Assembly: GCA_039807145.1 (NCBI GenBank)
Contig: JBDHQQ010000001.1
Span: forward strand, 800 to 64,799
DNA from: Pseudoxanthomonas sp.
GTDB lineage: Bacteria > Pseudomonadota > Gammaproteobacteria > Xanthomonadales > Xanthomonadaceae
Direction: 5' to 3'
Length of the DNA: 64,000 nt
The notes below the pieces were generated by a model. The model searched no databases, was not told where the DNA came from, and saw only the letters and a program-made list of their open reading frames with translations. Both the position numbers and the translations under genes were made by a program. Positions 50,170-60,457 of the stretch are shown in pieces; positions within the stretch are counted from its first letter, which is position 1; every line of letters begins with the position of its first letter.

Positions 50170-51909
50170 ATGCGTTCGAATACGGTTCTGAAGGCGCCAT
50201 TCCGGCATTTCGCCACGCTGCTGGCATTCGCCCTGCTCGCATCGGCGCCGGTCGCGGCGCAGACGGTGCAGTTGCTCAATTACGAAGAGATCCACAAGCC
50301 GGTGGTCGCCGAGGGCGGCATGGTGGTCAGCCAGAGCGGTTACGCCAGCGAGGTCGGCGCGCAAACGCTGCGCGATGGCGGCAACGCGGTCGATGCGGCG
50401 GTGGCGATGGCCTTCACCATGGCGGTGACGTTGCCGCGTGCCGGCAACATCGGCGGCGACGGCTACATGTTGATCCGCTTCGCGGATGGTCGTGCCGCGG
50501 CGATCGACTTCCGCTCGATGGCGCCGGCACTGGCCACGCTCGATGCCTATGTCGGCAAGGACGGCAAGCTGCAGGGGCACAACGCTGGCATTCGCGCCGC
50601 GGGCGTGCCGGGCACCGTCGCCGGCCTGGCGCTGGCGCACCGGAAGTATGGACGGTTGCCGTGGAAGCGGCTGCTGGCGCCGGCGATCCGGCTGGCCGCA
50701 GAAGGCATGGTGCTGACCCGCGACGAGGCCTTCGCGCTGGACTGGGGCAAGCAGCGGCTCGCACGCAGCAAGGCGGGTGCGAAGGTGTTCCTGCATGGAG
50801 ACGGCTCCGCGCTGCGTGCCGGCGAGCGATTGGTGCAACCGGACCTGGCGTGGTCGCTGCGGCAGATCGCCGAACACGGCGCCGATGCGTTCTATCGCGG
50901 CGAGATCGCCGATCGCCTCGATGCGGGCATGCGCGCGCACGGTGGACTGGTGCGCAAGGAAGACCTTGCCGCGTATCGCGCGATCGAGCGCGAGCCGCTG
51001 CGTTCGAGCTACCGTGGCCATGAACTGCTGACCATGCCGCCTTCCAGCGGTGGCGGACCCGGCGTGGCGATGGCCCTGAACATCCTGGAGAACTTCGACC
51101 TGGCATCGATGGGCGCCGGTTCGGCCGACGAGCTGCACCTGATTGCCGAGGCCAGCAAGCGTTCCTGGCGTGACCGGCAGGCCCATGTACGCGATCCAGT
51201 GACGGGGCGGATACCGATGGAGGGCATCGTTTCCAAGGCCTATGGTGCGTCGCGGGCGAAGGAAATCCGCATGGATCGCGCGACTCCGGCCAATGACGTG
51301 CGCGCCGGCGACATCTGGGGCCGGGAAAGCCACGAGACCACGCAGTTTTCGACGACCGACCGCGAAGGCAATGCGGTCAGCGCGACCTACACGCTCGGCG
51401 CGGACTTCGGTTCCGGGGTGATGATGGAGGGCACCGGCTTCCTGCTCGGCAACCTGATCGGCAATTTTTCGCTGCAAGCCCAGATCGACGCCGCCCGTGC
51501 GGGGCGCGAGGCGCCGGCGAACGCGCTGCGTGCCGGCGCACGCCCGGTGTCCAGCATGTCGCCGACCATGCTGCTGCGCGGTGGCAAGCCGTGGCTGGTG
51601 ACCGGCAGTCCGGGCGGCAACACCATCCCGGGCACGGTCGTGCAGATGATCGTGAACGTGGTGGACTTCGGCATGAACATCGCCGAAGCCACCAGCTTCC
51701 CGCGCATCCACCAGAACCTGGACGGGAACGGCGAACTGCAGATAGAACGCGGGTTCAGCCCGGACACGCTGCGCATCCTGCACGCGCGCGGCCACCACAC
51801 CAGGCAGGGCCAGACCATCGGCAGCACGCAGACACTGCTGCTGGCCGACGGCCACGTGGAAGGTGCGGCCGATCCGCGCCGGCCCGGAGCGGCGGCCGTC
51901 GCCGAGTGA
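50170..51909 (+). CDS. Exported gamma-glutamyltransferase family protein (GGT2, divergent donor site)
   Basis: Sec signal; GGNAVDAAVA, IDFRSMAP, E-TTQFS nucleophile, TYTLG..FG, GNLIGNFS, SSMSPT, GSPGGNTIP, ADPRRPG. Confidence 0.9.
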   Translation: MRSNTVLKAPFRHFATLLAFALLASAPVAAQTVQLLNYEEIHKPVVAEGGMVVSQSGYASEVGAQTLRDGGNAVDAAVAMAFTMAVTLPRAGNIGGDGYMLIRFADGRAAAIDFRSMAPALATLDAYVGKDGKLQGHNAGIRAAGVPGTVAGLALAHRKYGRLPWKRLLAPAIRLAAEGMVLTRDEAFALDWGKQRLARSKAGAKVFLHGDGSALRAGERLVQPDLAWSLRQIAEHGADAFYRGEIADRLDAGMRAHGGLVRKEDLAAYRAIEREPLRSSYRGHELLTMPPSSGGGPGVAMALNILENFDLASMGAGSADELHLIAEASKRSWRDRQAHVRDPVTGRIPMEGIVSKAYGASRAKEIRMDRATPANDVRAGDIWGRESHETTQFSTTDREGNAVSATYTLGADFGSGVMMEGTGFLLGNLIGNFSLQAQIDAARAGREAPANALRAGARPVSSMSPTMLLRGGKPWLVTGSPGGNTIPGTVVQMIVNVVDFGMNIAEATSFPRIHQNLDGNGELQIERGFSPDTLRILHARGHHTRQGQTIGSTQTLLLADGHVEGAADPRRPGAAAVAE

Positions 51910-51919
51910 TCGCGCCGGC

Positions 51920-51934
51920 ATAACCTTGCGCTAT
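51920..51934. promoter_or_regulatory. Putative LysR box upstream of TBDR2
   Basis: ATAAC-CTTGC-GCTAT. Confidence 0.7.
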
Positions 51935-52049
51935 GGCATGACATAAAAAAACGAGCGCTCGCACTGCGTCAAGGCCGCTAAAGTCGGATAACGAAAAAAC
52001 AACTCGGCATGTTGCCGTGCATCAAATGGATCGGAGAGGGAGTCCACGC

Positions 52050-55000
52050 ATGCATCGACGTCTCATCAAGCAAACCCTGCTCAGCGTGGTCCTCGGGGCC
52101 ATGGTGCAGGGCATGGCATTCGCACAACAGAAGCCGGCCACGGAGGAATCCGGGCAGGCCAAGCCCGCGACCGCACAGGACCTGGATGGCGTGGTCGTGG
52201 TGGGCAGCCACCTTGCGAGCAGCCGCGAGGAAGGCCCGTCCCCGGTCCTGGTGATGGACGAAGCGGCGATCGAGGCCACCGGCGCGATTTCCGGCGACGA
52301 GCTGCTGCAGGCCATCCCGCAGGTCGGCGACATGATGTTCAACAACACCGACACCGCGGCCAACATCAATGCGGCGCGCGGCGACGTGGGATCGATCAAC
52401 CTGCGCAACCTCGGCACCGGCAACACCCTGTTGATGGTCAACGGCCGGCGCATGGTGCCGCACCCCGGTACCCAGACCGAATCGCTGGTGCCGCGCCAGA
52501 CCGCGAACATGAACGCGATCCCGCTGTTCGGCACGCGTCGCGTCGAAACCCTGCTGGGCGGCGCGTCCGCGCTGTACGGCTCCGATGCGGTCGCCGGCGT
52601 GGTCAACGTGGTGCTCGACACCACGTTCCAGGGCCTGCAGGTGCAGGGCCAGTACGGCGGTTCGGAAGGCATCGACTTCCGCCAGGGCAACCTCAACTTC
52701 AAGGCCGGCAAGTGGTTCAACGACGGCCGCACCCGCGCGACCCTCGTCGGCGGCTGGACCCATCGCAGCGACCTGCCGGCCGATGCGCGCGACTACAGTC
52801 GCAACATGGACCGTCGCGAACAGATGGACGGCACCGATTTCGAAGGCGTGACCGCGTTCGACGACACCATCACCGGCACCGCTTGGGGCGTGTTCCAGAC
52901 CATCGGCAACGTGGCGGTGCGCAACGCGAACAATACGCTGATCACCAACAGCAGCGGCCAGTTCCACGTCGATCCGGTCGGCCTGCATAACTGCACCGCC
53001 GGGTTGAACGACGACGTCTGCATCATGTCCGGTACGCAGAGCACCACGATCGATCGTCCGCTGCGGTTCAGTCCCAACCACCAGCGCCGGATCCTGGGCG
53101 GACTGGACCGCATGAACCTGTTCGGCACGCTCGAGCAGGATATCGACGACAACTTCGTCGCCTTCGGCGAGGTTTCGTACTATCAGTCGCGATACGAGGG
53201 CATGCGCGAGCAGGCCGCGTCGTTGGCCGCGGCGCCGATGATCGTGTCCAGGAACAACTACTACAACCCGTTCGGCGCCATGTACCGCGCCGATGGCTCG
53301 TTGAATCCGTATCGCCTGGCAGGCATCAATGCGCCCCAGGAAGGCCTCGATGTGCGCCTCAGCACTTATCGTGCGACCGATACCTCGCGTCCCTACACCG
53401 TCGACGACGAGCAGTACCGCGTGCTCGCCGGCGTGCGCGGCACGCTCGGTGGCTTCGACTGGGAAAGCGCGGTGCTGTACTCCGCCGCGACTACCGAGGA
53501 CACCCAGTACGGTTCGATCAGCAACTCGCTGTTCGCCGAGGCGCTGGGCTGGAATACGCCCGACGCCTACAACCCGTTCTACGGCGGCAACCTCGAGGAC
53601 TGGAGGGCGCCGAAGGACTCCGGCCAGAACCAGGCGGCGATCGACTATTTCACCGTGCCGGTGGTGCGCAAGAGCAAGGCCACCCTGTTCCAGGTCGATA
53701 CGCGCTTCATCCGCGAAGACCTGTTCAGCCTGCCTGCCGGCAACGTCGGCGTCGCCTTCGGCGCCGAGTGGCGTCGCGAATCGCTGGACGACGATCGTGA
53801 CGCGCGCCTCGACGGCACCATCACCTACACCAACCCGTTGACCGGCGCGATCACCAGCGACGTGCTGGGCGCCAGCCCGTCGGGCGACAATTCCGGCGAC
53901 CGCAACGTGGGGTCGCTGTACGCCGAATTCGCGGTGCCGCTGGTATCGCCATCGATGGGCATCCCGCTGGTGCGTTCGCTGGAACTGCAGGTCGCCGGCC
54001 GCTACGAACGCTACTCCGACTTCGGCGGCGTCACCAAACCGAAGGTCGCGCTGGCCTGGGACATCGCCGAAGGGCTGATGGCGCGCGCCAGCTGGTCGCA
54101 GAGCTTCCTCGCGCCGAACATCCTGCAGATGTATTCGGAAGGCACCACGGTCAGCAACACCCGCACCGACTACTACGTGTGCGAAGCAGACATCCGCAAA
54201 GGCACCATCGACGGCGTGCATCGCTGCACCCGCAGCTACAGCACGACGGCGATCCGTAGCGGCAACCGCGACCTGAAGCCGGAAACCGCCGAGACCTGGT
54301 CCGCCGGCTTCGTGTTCAAGCCCACCTTCCTGCCCAAGTCCACCCGCCTGACCTTCTCGGCGGACTACTTCAAGATCCAGCAGGAAGACGTGATCGGCAT
54401 CCTCGGCGAAGCGACCCAGCTGGCGCTGGACTACCTGCTGCGCATGCAAGGTTCGTACAACCCGGCCGTGGTGCGACTGGATCCGGACGAAGCGCGCATC
54501 GCGCTGTTCGAAGGCACCGGGCTGGCGCCGGTGGGCACGGTCGACCACGTGGAAGACACCTACATCAACCGCCTGCCGCGCACCACGCGTGGCATCGACT
54601 TCGGCATCGACTGGCGCCAGCGCACCGAGAACGCCGGTACCTTCAACACCAGCCTGAACGCGACGCGCCTGATCGAGATGACCCAGAACGCGACCGCGGA
54701 CGAACTGCGCATCATCGAGGCGCAGCAGTCCGGGCTGATCGACGACAACTTCGATATCCGCAACGCGGGCAACCTGCTGGGCGTCGACGGCAGGCCGACC
54801 TGGCGCGCGACCCTCAGCAGCTCGTGGCGCAAGGGCGACTGGAGCCTGGGCACCTTCATCAACTACATCGGCAAGTTCGAATCCACCGGCGCGGTGTCCA
54901 ACACGGGCAACTACTTCCAGGTGCCCAGTTGGACCACGGCCAACCTATGGGTGGAGCATCGTTTCGACGATACCAAAACCATCTTCGATGGCACCCGCAT

Positions 55001-55130
55001 CCGCCTGACGGTGCGCAACATCGCCGACCGCGATCCACCGCTGACCCCGAGTGCGCTGGGCTTCAATTCCTCGTTGCACAATGCCCTGGGCCGCGGTTAC
55101 TACCTGACGGTGACCAAGAACTTCGATTGA
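52050..55130 (+). CDS. TonB-dependent receptor
   Basis: Signal peptide, VVVVGSHL, NLRNLGTGNTLLMVNGRR, GASALYGSDAVAGVVN, C-terminal KNFD. Confidence 0.95.
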   Translation: MHRRLIKQTLLSVVLGAMVQGMAFAQQKPATEESGQAKPATAQDLDGVVVVGSHLASSREEGPSPVLVMDEAAIEATGAISGDELLQAIPQVGDMMFNNTDTAANINAARGDVGSINLRNLGTGNTLLMVNGRRMVPHPGTQTESLVPRQTANMNAIPLFGTRRVETLLGGASALYGSDAVAGVVNVVLDTTFQGLQVQGQYGGSEGIDFRQGNLNFKAGKWFNDGRTRATLVGGWTHRSDLPADARDYSRNMDRREQMDGTDFEGVTAFDDTITGTAWGVFQTIGNVAVRNANNTLITNSSGQFHVDPVGLHNCTAGLNDDVCIMSGTQSTTIDRPLRFSPNHQRRILGGLDRMNLFGTLEQDIDDNFVAFGEVSYYQSRYEGMREQAASLAAAPMIVSRNNYYNPFGAMYRADGSLNPYRLAGINAPQEGLDVRLSTYRATDTSRPYTVDDEQYRVLAGVRGTLGGFDWESAVLYSAATTEDTQYGSISNSLFAEALGWNTPDAYNPFYGGNLEDWRAPKDSGQNQAAIDYFTVPVVRKSKATLFQVDTRFIREDLFSLPAGNVGVAFGAEWRRESLDDDRDARLDGTITYTNPLTGAITSDVLGASPSGDNSGDRNVGSLYAEFAVPLVSPSMGIPLVRSLELQVAGRYERYSDFGGVTKPKVALAWDIAEGLMARASWSQSFLAPNILQMYSEGTTVSNTRTDYYVCEADIRKGTIDGVHRCTRSYSTTAIRSGNRDLKPETAETWSAGFVFKPTFLPKSTRLTFSADYFKIQQEDVIGILGEATQLALDYLLRMQGSYNPAVVRLDPDEARIALFEGTGLAPVGTVDHVEDTYINRLPRTTRGIDFGIDWRQRTENAGTFNTSLNATRLIEMTQNATADELRIIEAQQSGLIDDNFDIRNAGNLLGVDGRPTWRATLSSSWRKGDWSLGTFINYIGKFESTGAVSNTGNYFQVPSWTTANLWVEHRFDDTKTIFDGTRIRLTVRNIADRDPPLTPSALGFNSSLHNALGRGYYLTVTKNFD

Positions 55131-55143
55131 CCGGCTCCCCGTC

Positions 55144-55191
55144 GCCCGCGCCGTCGCCCGGTATCCGGTTGGCGGCGCGGGCGTTTTTCTT
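55144..55191 (+). terminator. Hairpin plus T-tract after TBDR2
   Basis: GCCCGCGCCGTC...GGCGGCGCGGGC followed by GTTTTTCTT. Confidence 0.65.
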
Positions 55192-55246
55192 GCCGCACGG
55201 CACGGGCCGGTCGGCGCGTCAACCGTCCACCTCACCGGAGGCAACC

Positions 55247-56422
55247 ATGAACCGATGCATCCGCCGTCACCGCACACTCTCGCTCTGCGCGGCTTTTTTG
55301 TTGCTCCTGCTCAGCCTGCCGGCGCTGGCCGGCGAGATCGAGGATCGGCTGCAGTCGCTGATGAAGGAATACGACACCGTCGGCCTGGCGGTGGTGGTGG
55401 TCCGCGACAACGGCGTCGTGTACCGCAACAGCTTCGGCTGGAAGGATCGCGATGCGAAGATCCCGCTCGAACAGGACGACCTGTTCCGGATCGCATCGAT
55501 CTCCAAGTCGTTCGCGGCGGTTTCGATCATGCAGCTGGTCGAGCAGGGCCGGCTGTCGCTGGACGATGACGCCGGCAAGCTGGTCGGGTTCCCGGTGCGC
55601 AACCCCGCGTTCCCGGACACGCCGATCACCCTGCGGATGTTGCTGAACCACACTTCGTCGATCACCGATGCGCAGCAGTACAAGAGCCTGGACATCATCA
55701 ACCCGGCCACCAACGAAAACTGGCGGGGCAGCTATGCCGGCCGCGCGCCGGGCGAAAGCTACGAATACTCCAACCTCGGCTACAACATGGTCGGCACCAT
55801 CGTCGAGCGCGTGTCGGGGCAGCGTTACGACGCCTACGTCGGGCAGCACGTGCTGGATCCGCTCGGGCTGCGGGCCGGCTACCTGCCCGATGCGCTGGAT
55901 GCGGGCCGTTTCGCGCAGATCTATTCGTGGAACGAGGCGCGACAGGATTACGTGCGTTCCGAGGCGGCCTATGCGCCGCTGGGCAAGCGCCTGGACGGCT
56001 ACCGCATGGGCTACGACACGCCGATGTTCTCCCCGACCGGCGGGCTCAAGATCTCCGCGCCCGACCTGGCCACCTGGATGCTGATGCACATGAACCGCGG
56101 CGAGTGGAACGGCGTGCGCCTGCTCTCGGTCGAACATGCGAAGCGGATGCAGACGCGCTCGACCTCCGTCGATGAAAACGGCGACTACGGCTTGGCCATC
56201 CGTTTGGAGCGGGCGCTGATCCCCGGCGTGGAAATGATCGGGCACACCGGCTCGGCCTACGGCCTGTTCAGTTCGATGTACTTCAATCCGGAAAAGAAGT
56301 ACGGCTTCGTGGTGATCACCAACGGGACCCGCGACGTGCAGGTGCGCACCGAGGTCAACCGGGCCCTGTACCAGCATTTCATCGTCGATGCGGCGGGACA
56401 GCGGGCGCAGGTGTCGAAGTAA
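55247..56422 (+). CDS. Exported beta-lactamase-family serine hydrolase (D-stereospecific peptidase-like)
   Basis: Signal peptide, FRIASISK, LLNHTS, YSN, GHTG. Confidence 0.88.
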   Translation: MNRCIRRHRTLSLCAAFLLLLLSLPALAGEIEDRLQSLMKEYDTVGLAVVVVRDNGVVYRNSFGWKDRDAKIPLEQDDLFRIASISKSFAAVSIMQLVEQGRLSLDDDAGKLVGFPVRNPAFPDTPITLRMLLNHTSSITDAQQYKSLDIINPATNENWRGSYAGRAPGESYEYSNLGYNMVGTIVERVSGQRYDAYVGQHVLDPLGLRAGYLPDALDAGRFAQIYSWNEARQDYVRSEAAYAPLGKRLDGYRMGYDTPMFSPTGGLKISAPDLATWMLMHMNRGEWNGVRLLSVEHAKRMQTRSTSVDENGDYGLAIRLERALIPGVEMIGHTGSAYGLFSSMYFNPEKKYGFVVITNGTRDVQVRTEVNRALYQHFIVDAAGQRAQVSK

Positions 56423-56535
56423 GGCGCCTCATGCCGGCGAATGCCGGATGCCTGTCGGAGCGGACCAGGCCTTCGTCGGCCGATCCATCCATGGGTTCCT
56501 CCGGCGGGCGGGAGCTTCGGGCCCGCCGCCGCCGA

Positions 56536-57729
56536 TCACTTCCAGAAGTTGATGAACCCGGTGATGATGATCGCGTTGGTGAAGTCGATGAAGAACGCGC
56601 CCACCAGCGGCGCGACGAGGAAGGCGCGCGGGGCGGCGCCGTAGCGTTCGACCAGGGTACGCATCACCGCCATCGCATTCGCGGTGGTGCCGAGCATGAA
56701 GCCGATGAAGCCGCCGCCCATCACCGCTGCGTCGTAATCGCGGCCCATCATCCGGAAGATCACCCCGCAGAACGCGACCACCATCACCACCTGCAGGCCC
56801 AGGTTGACCATCAGCGGCAGCGCCAGTCCGGCCAGTTCCCACAGCTTCAGGTTCATCAGCGCCACCGACAGGAACAGCGCCAGGCAGACGTTGCCGATCA
56901 GGTCGGTGGTCGGTACCGACATGCCGATCCAGCCGGTCTGGTCGTCGATGTTGCGGATCACCGCGCCGACCAGCATTGCGCCGACGTAGGCGGGTAGCGT
57001 GATCCCGGTGGCGGAGATCAGGTTGCTGACCCAGCTGCCCGCCCACATCGCGACGAGGATGACGACGATGCTCTTCAGCGCGCCGAATTCGCGTTGCGCA
57101 TCGGTCTGCACGGGCAGCGTGGTTTCTTCGCCGGGCGCGGTGTGGTCCTGCGGCCGCGTGGATACCAGCTGGAAGCGGCGGATCATCACGGTGATCGCGG
57201 GGCCGCCGACCAGCCCGCCGAGAACGATGCCCGCCATCGCCGAGGCCACCGCGATCGATTCGGCGCCCTTCACCCCTGCCGCTTCGAACAGCGGTGCGAA
57301 TGCCAGCCCGGTGGCGGGTCCGCCGGTCAGCGTGGTCGAACCTGCCAGCACGCCAAACAAGGGCGGCAGGTCGAAGCCGGCCGCCACCGCCATGCCCAGC
57401 AGGTTCTGCGCCACCGCGAACACGGTGGCCAGGGCCAGGAAGACCAGCACCTGTTTGCCGCTGATCTTCAGCAGGCGCAGGCTGGCGTTGACGCCGATGG
57501 TGGTGAAGAACGCGATCATCAGCGGGTTCTGCAGGCTGGTATCGAGCACGAACAGCGTGGTGCCGCGGCCGTGCGCGAACCATGCCGCCAATGCGAAGAC
57601 CAGGCCGCCGATGACCGGCGGCGGCAGGTTGTAGCGACCGAGCACCGGAATGACGCGACACAGTGCGTAACCCAGGAACAGGGCAAGTCCGGCGAAAGCC
57701 AGGGTCTGGACGGCGTCGAGTTGCAGCAT
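56536..57729 (-). CDS. gltS: Sodium/glutamate symporter
   Basis: YNLPPPVIGG, AFFTTIG, GSTTLTGG, LGTTANAMA, AFLVAPLVGAFFIDFTNA. Confidence 0.9.
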   Translation of the reverse strand: MLQLDAVQTLAFAGLALFLGYALCRVIPVLGRYNLPPPVIGGLVFALAAWFAHGRGTTLFVLDTSLQNPLMIAFFTTIGVNASLRLLKISGKQVLVFLALATVFAVAQNLLGMAVAAGFDLPPLFGVLAGSTTLTGGPATGLAFAPLFEAAGVKGAESIAVASAMAGIVLGGLVGGPAITVMIRRFQLVSTRPQDHTAPGEETTLPVQTDAQREFGALKSIVVILVAMWAGSWVSNLISATGITLPAYVGAMLVGAVIRNIDDQTGWIGMSVPTTDLIGNVCLALFLSVALMNLKLWELAGLALPLMVNLGLQVVMVVAFCGVIFRMMGRDYDAAVMGGGFIGFMLGTTANAMAVMRTLVERYGAAPRAFLVAPLVGAFFIDFTNAIIITGFINFWK

Positions 57730-57779
57730 TGGGCTTCCTCGGTTTTACCCGGATGGTACCTGCATACGGGATGCGACTG

Positions 57780-59450
57780 TTACGGACAGCTGCCGGCGGG
57801 CGGTCGATGTTGCAACACCTTGCCCGGCAGCGCGTCCGTTGCACGGCCGTCGACGATGGTTGGCGTGCCATTGACGAACAAATGGACGACGCCTTGCGAA
57901 AGCACGTGCGGATGCACGTAGTCGGCCCTGGGTGCGTAGGCATCCGGATCGAAGACCAGCACGTCGGCGAACTGTCCCGCACGCAGGAAGCCGCGATCCT
58001 CGAGGCCGAAGGTAGTCGCTGCCAGGCCGGAAGAGCGGTGGATGAACGCGGCCAGGTCGATCACGTGGTCGGTCTTCACGAATCGCGCGTACTTCTCGGG
58101 GAAGGTCGCGTACTGGCGCGGATGGCCGTCGCCGCCGTCCGACGCGGTCATCACCCACGGCTGGCGCATGAAACGGTCGACATCGTCGCGGCGCATGTTG
58201 AACGAAGCGATTCGCTGTGCCGAGCCGGTCGGTCCGGTGCCGCCTTCGCTGATGATGCGCACCGCGGCCTCGATGGGATCGATCCCCGATTGGTCGGCAT
58301 GGCGCTGCAGGGTGAGCGCGCTCCATGGCCAGCCGCTGCCGGTCATCAGGATCGAATCGGCGCCGCCGCGGCGCTTGAGGTTGTCGCGCATCTCGTCGCG
58401 GATGCGTGCGGCGGTGGCGGGGTCGGCGAGGCGCCTGAACAGCGCCGGGCGTCCTCCGTCCACGGCCCAGCGCGGCAACAGCGCCGCGCCCAGGCCGGTC
58501 GAGGACGCGAGCCACGGATACTGGTCGGCGGTCACCTGTTGTCCTTCGGCGCGCGCGCGTTCGATGCGCGCGATCACGTCGCCGGATCGGCCGTGCACGT
58601 CCGCGCCCAGCGCCTTGATGTGGGCGAAGTGCACCGGAATGCCGGCGCGCCTGCCGATCTCCAGCGTTTCCTCGACGGAACCCATCAGGCCTATCGTGTA
58701 GCTGGATTCGTCGCGCTGGTGGGTGTCGTACACGCCGCCGCGCACCGCGGCCTCGCGGGCCAGTGCGACCACTTCGTCGGTCGTGGCGAAACTCTGCGGC
58801 GCATAGAACAGGCCGGTGGACAGGCCCAATGCGCCTTCGCACATCGCGGTGGCGACCAGGCCGCGCATCGTCCGCAGTTCCTCTGCGTCGGGCGCGCGCG
58901 CATCCTGGCCAAGCACCTGCGTGCGCACGGGGCCCAGGCCCACGTAGGCGGCAACGTTGGGGCCGATGCCTTGGGTCTGCAATTGCGCGCGATCGGCGGC
59001 GATATCGGGTTTGCCGTTGCCGTCGATGCCGATGAAGATCGTGGTCACGCCCTGGTGCAGCCACGGCAGGACGCGCCGCATCGCCGGATCCTGCGAGCGC
59101 AGGTAGGTCTCGGGATGGGTATGCGGATCGATGAGGCCGGGCGACACGACCAGGCCGCTGGCGTCGATCTCGCGCCTGGCGTGATAGCGCTGGCGCAGCC
59201 CGGGGCCCACTTCGAGGATGCGGTCGCCACGGAGGGCGATGTCGGCGATCCGGCCTCCGGTTTCGCCGCCATCGAACAGCAGGCCGCCGAAGATCAGCGT
59301 GTCGGCCTCGGCGGGGCGGGTTGCCGTGTCCTGCGCCACGCGCGGGCTGGCGCAGCCGGCGAGCAGCAACAGGGCGGCGGAGAGCGATCGTGCCAATCCG
59401 CGCTGCGGCGATAGGGTCTTCGGCGTGCGGGAGGGCTGGCGATCGGTCAT
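57780..59450 (-). CDS. N-acyl-D-amino-acid deacylase family lipoprotein
   Basis: LLLLAGC lipobox; PGLIDPHTH, GLSTGLFY.P, THQRDE, HFAHIK, DQYPW, ASDG, HPRQYATFP. Confidence 0.88.
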   Translation of the reverse strand: MTDRQPSRTPKTLSPQRGLARSLSAALLLLAGCASPRVAQDTATRPAEADTLIFGGLLFDGGETGGRIADIALRGDRILEVGPGLRQRYHARREIDASGLVVSPGLIDPHTHPETYLRSQDPAMRRVLPWLHQGVTTIFIGIDGNGKPDIAADRAQLQTQGIGPNVAAYVGLGPVRTQVLGQDARAPDAEELRTMRGLVATAMCEGALGLSTGLFYAPQSFATTDEVVALAREAAVRGGVYDTHQRDESSYTIGLMGSVEETLEIGRRAGIPVHFAHIKALGADVHGRSGDVIARIERARAEGQQVTADQYPWLASSTGLGAALLPRWAVDGGRPALFRRLADPATAARIRDEMRDNLKRRGGADSILMTGSGWPWSALTLQRHADQSGIDPIEAAVRIISEGGTGPTGSAQRIASFNMRRDDVDRFMRQPWVMTASDGGDGHPRQYATFPEKYARFVKTDHVIDLAAFIHRSSGLAATTFGLEDRGFLRAGQFADVLVFDPDAYAPRADYVHPHVLSQGVVHLFVNGTPTIVDGRATDALPGKVLQHRPPAGSCP

Positions 59451-60457
59451 GCGTGGCTGGTTCCGTGCGGGCGTTTGCCGCCGCCCCAAAGTGTTGCGTC
59501 CGGTGGTTGCAGCAGGCCGTCGCGCATCACCGCGCCGCCGGGATGGTCGTGTTTCAGCCACAGCGGGCCGTCGAGGTCGACGAATTCGGCGTGGCGGGCG
59601 ACGTGCCATGCCGGCGCGATCGCCAGCGACGAGCTGATCATGCAGCCGACCATGATGCCGAAACCCTGCGCGCGCGCTGCGTCCAGCAGTTCCAGTGCGC
59701 CGGTCAGGCCGCCGGTCTTGTCCAGCTTGATGTTGACCACCTGGTAGCGTCCGCGCAGGCGCGGCAGGTCGGCGGCGACATGGCAGGATTCGTCGGCGCA
59801 CAGGCGTGCGACCGAGTCGAAACCGGACAGGGCTTCGTCTTCATCGGCGGGCAGCGGCTGCTCGATCAGGTCGATGCGGGTTTCGGCCAGCGCCGGCTGC
59901 AGCGACTGCAGCAGTTCGAGGTTCCAGCTCTCGTTCGGATCGACGATCAGGCGCGCCTTCGGCAACGCACTGCGCACGGCGCGGATCTGCGTGGCCGGAT
60001 CGGTGGCATCGACCTTGATCTTGACCAGGTCCAGATGGGCCAGCGCGCGTGCGGCGGCGGCCATGCGTTCGGGCGAATCCAGGCCCACGGTCTGGGCGCT
60101 GACCAGCGGCGGCAGCGTCCCGGACTGGCCGAGCATCGCGGCGACGGAGACGGATTGCCGCTGCGATTCCAGGTCCCACAGGGCGCAATCGAGCGCATTG
60201 CGCGCGGCGCCCGGGGGAAGCAATTCGCCCAGCTGGCGGCGGTCGAGGCCGTTGGCGATGGCATTCGACAGCGTGTTCGCCTCGTCGAGCACCGATTCCA
60301 CGCTCTCGCCATAGCGCGCATAGGGCAACGACTCGCCGCGGCCGGTGAATTCGCCGCTGCGGATCGTCGCCTCCACCACCTCGGTGGAGGTGCGTACGCC
60401 GCGCGAGATGCGGAACGGCGTGGCGAGCGGATGGCTGACGTGCGCCAGTTTCAGCAC
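59447..60457 (-). CDS. dgcA: N-acetyl-D-glutamate racemase / L-Ala-D/L-Glu epimerase (enolase superfamily)
   Basis: PFRISRG, AARNALDCALWDL, KIK, VDPNE, IEQP, ADES, NIKLDKTGG, GCM, DLDGP; GTG start overlaps the dgcN stop. Confidence 0.85.
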   Translation of the reverse strand: MLKLAHVSHPLATPFRISRGVRTSTEVVEATIRSGEFTGRGESLPYARYGESVESVLDEANTLSNAIANGLDRRQLGELLPPGAARNALDCALWDLESQRQSVSVAAMLGQSGTLPPLVSAQTVGLDSPERMAAAARALAHLDLVKIKVDATDPATQIRAVRSALPKARLIVDPNESWNLELLQSLQPALAETRIDLIEQPLPADEDEALSGFDSVARLCADESCHVAADLPRLRGRYQVVNIKLDKTGGLTGALELLDAARAQGFGIMVGCMISSSLAIAPAWHVARHAEFVDLDGPLWLKHDHPGGAVMRDGLLQPPDATLWGGGKRPHGTSHA

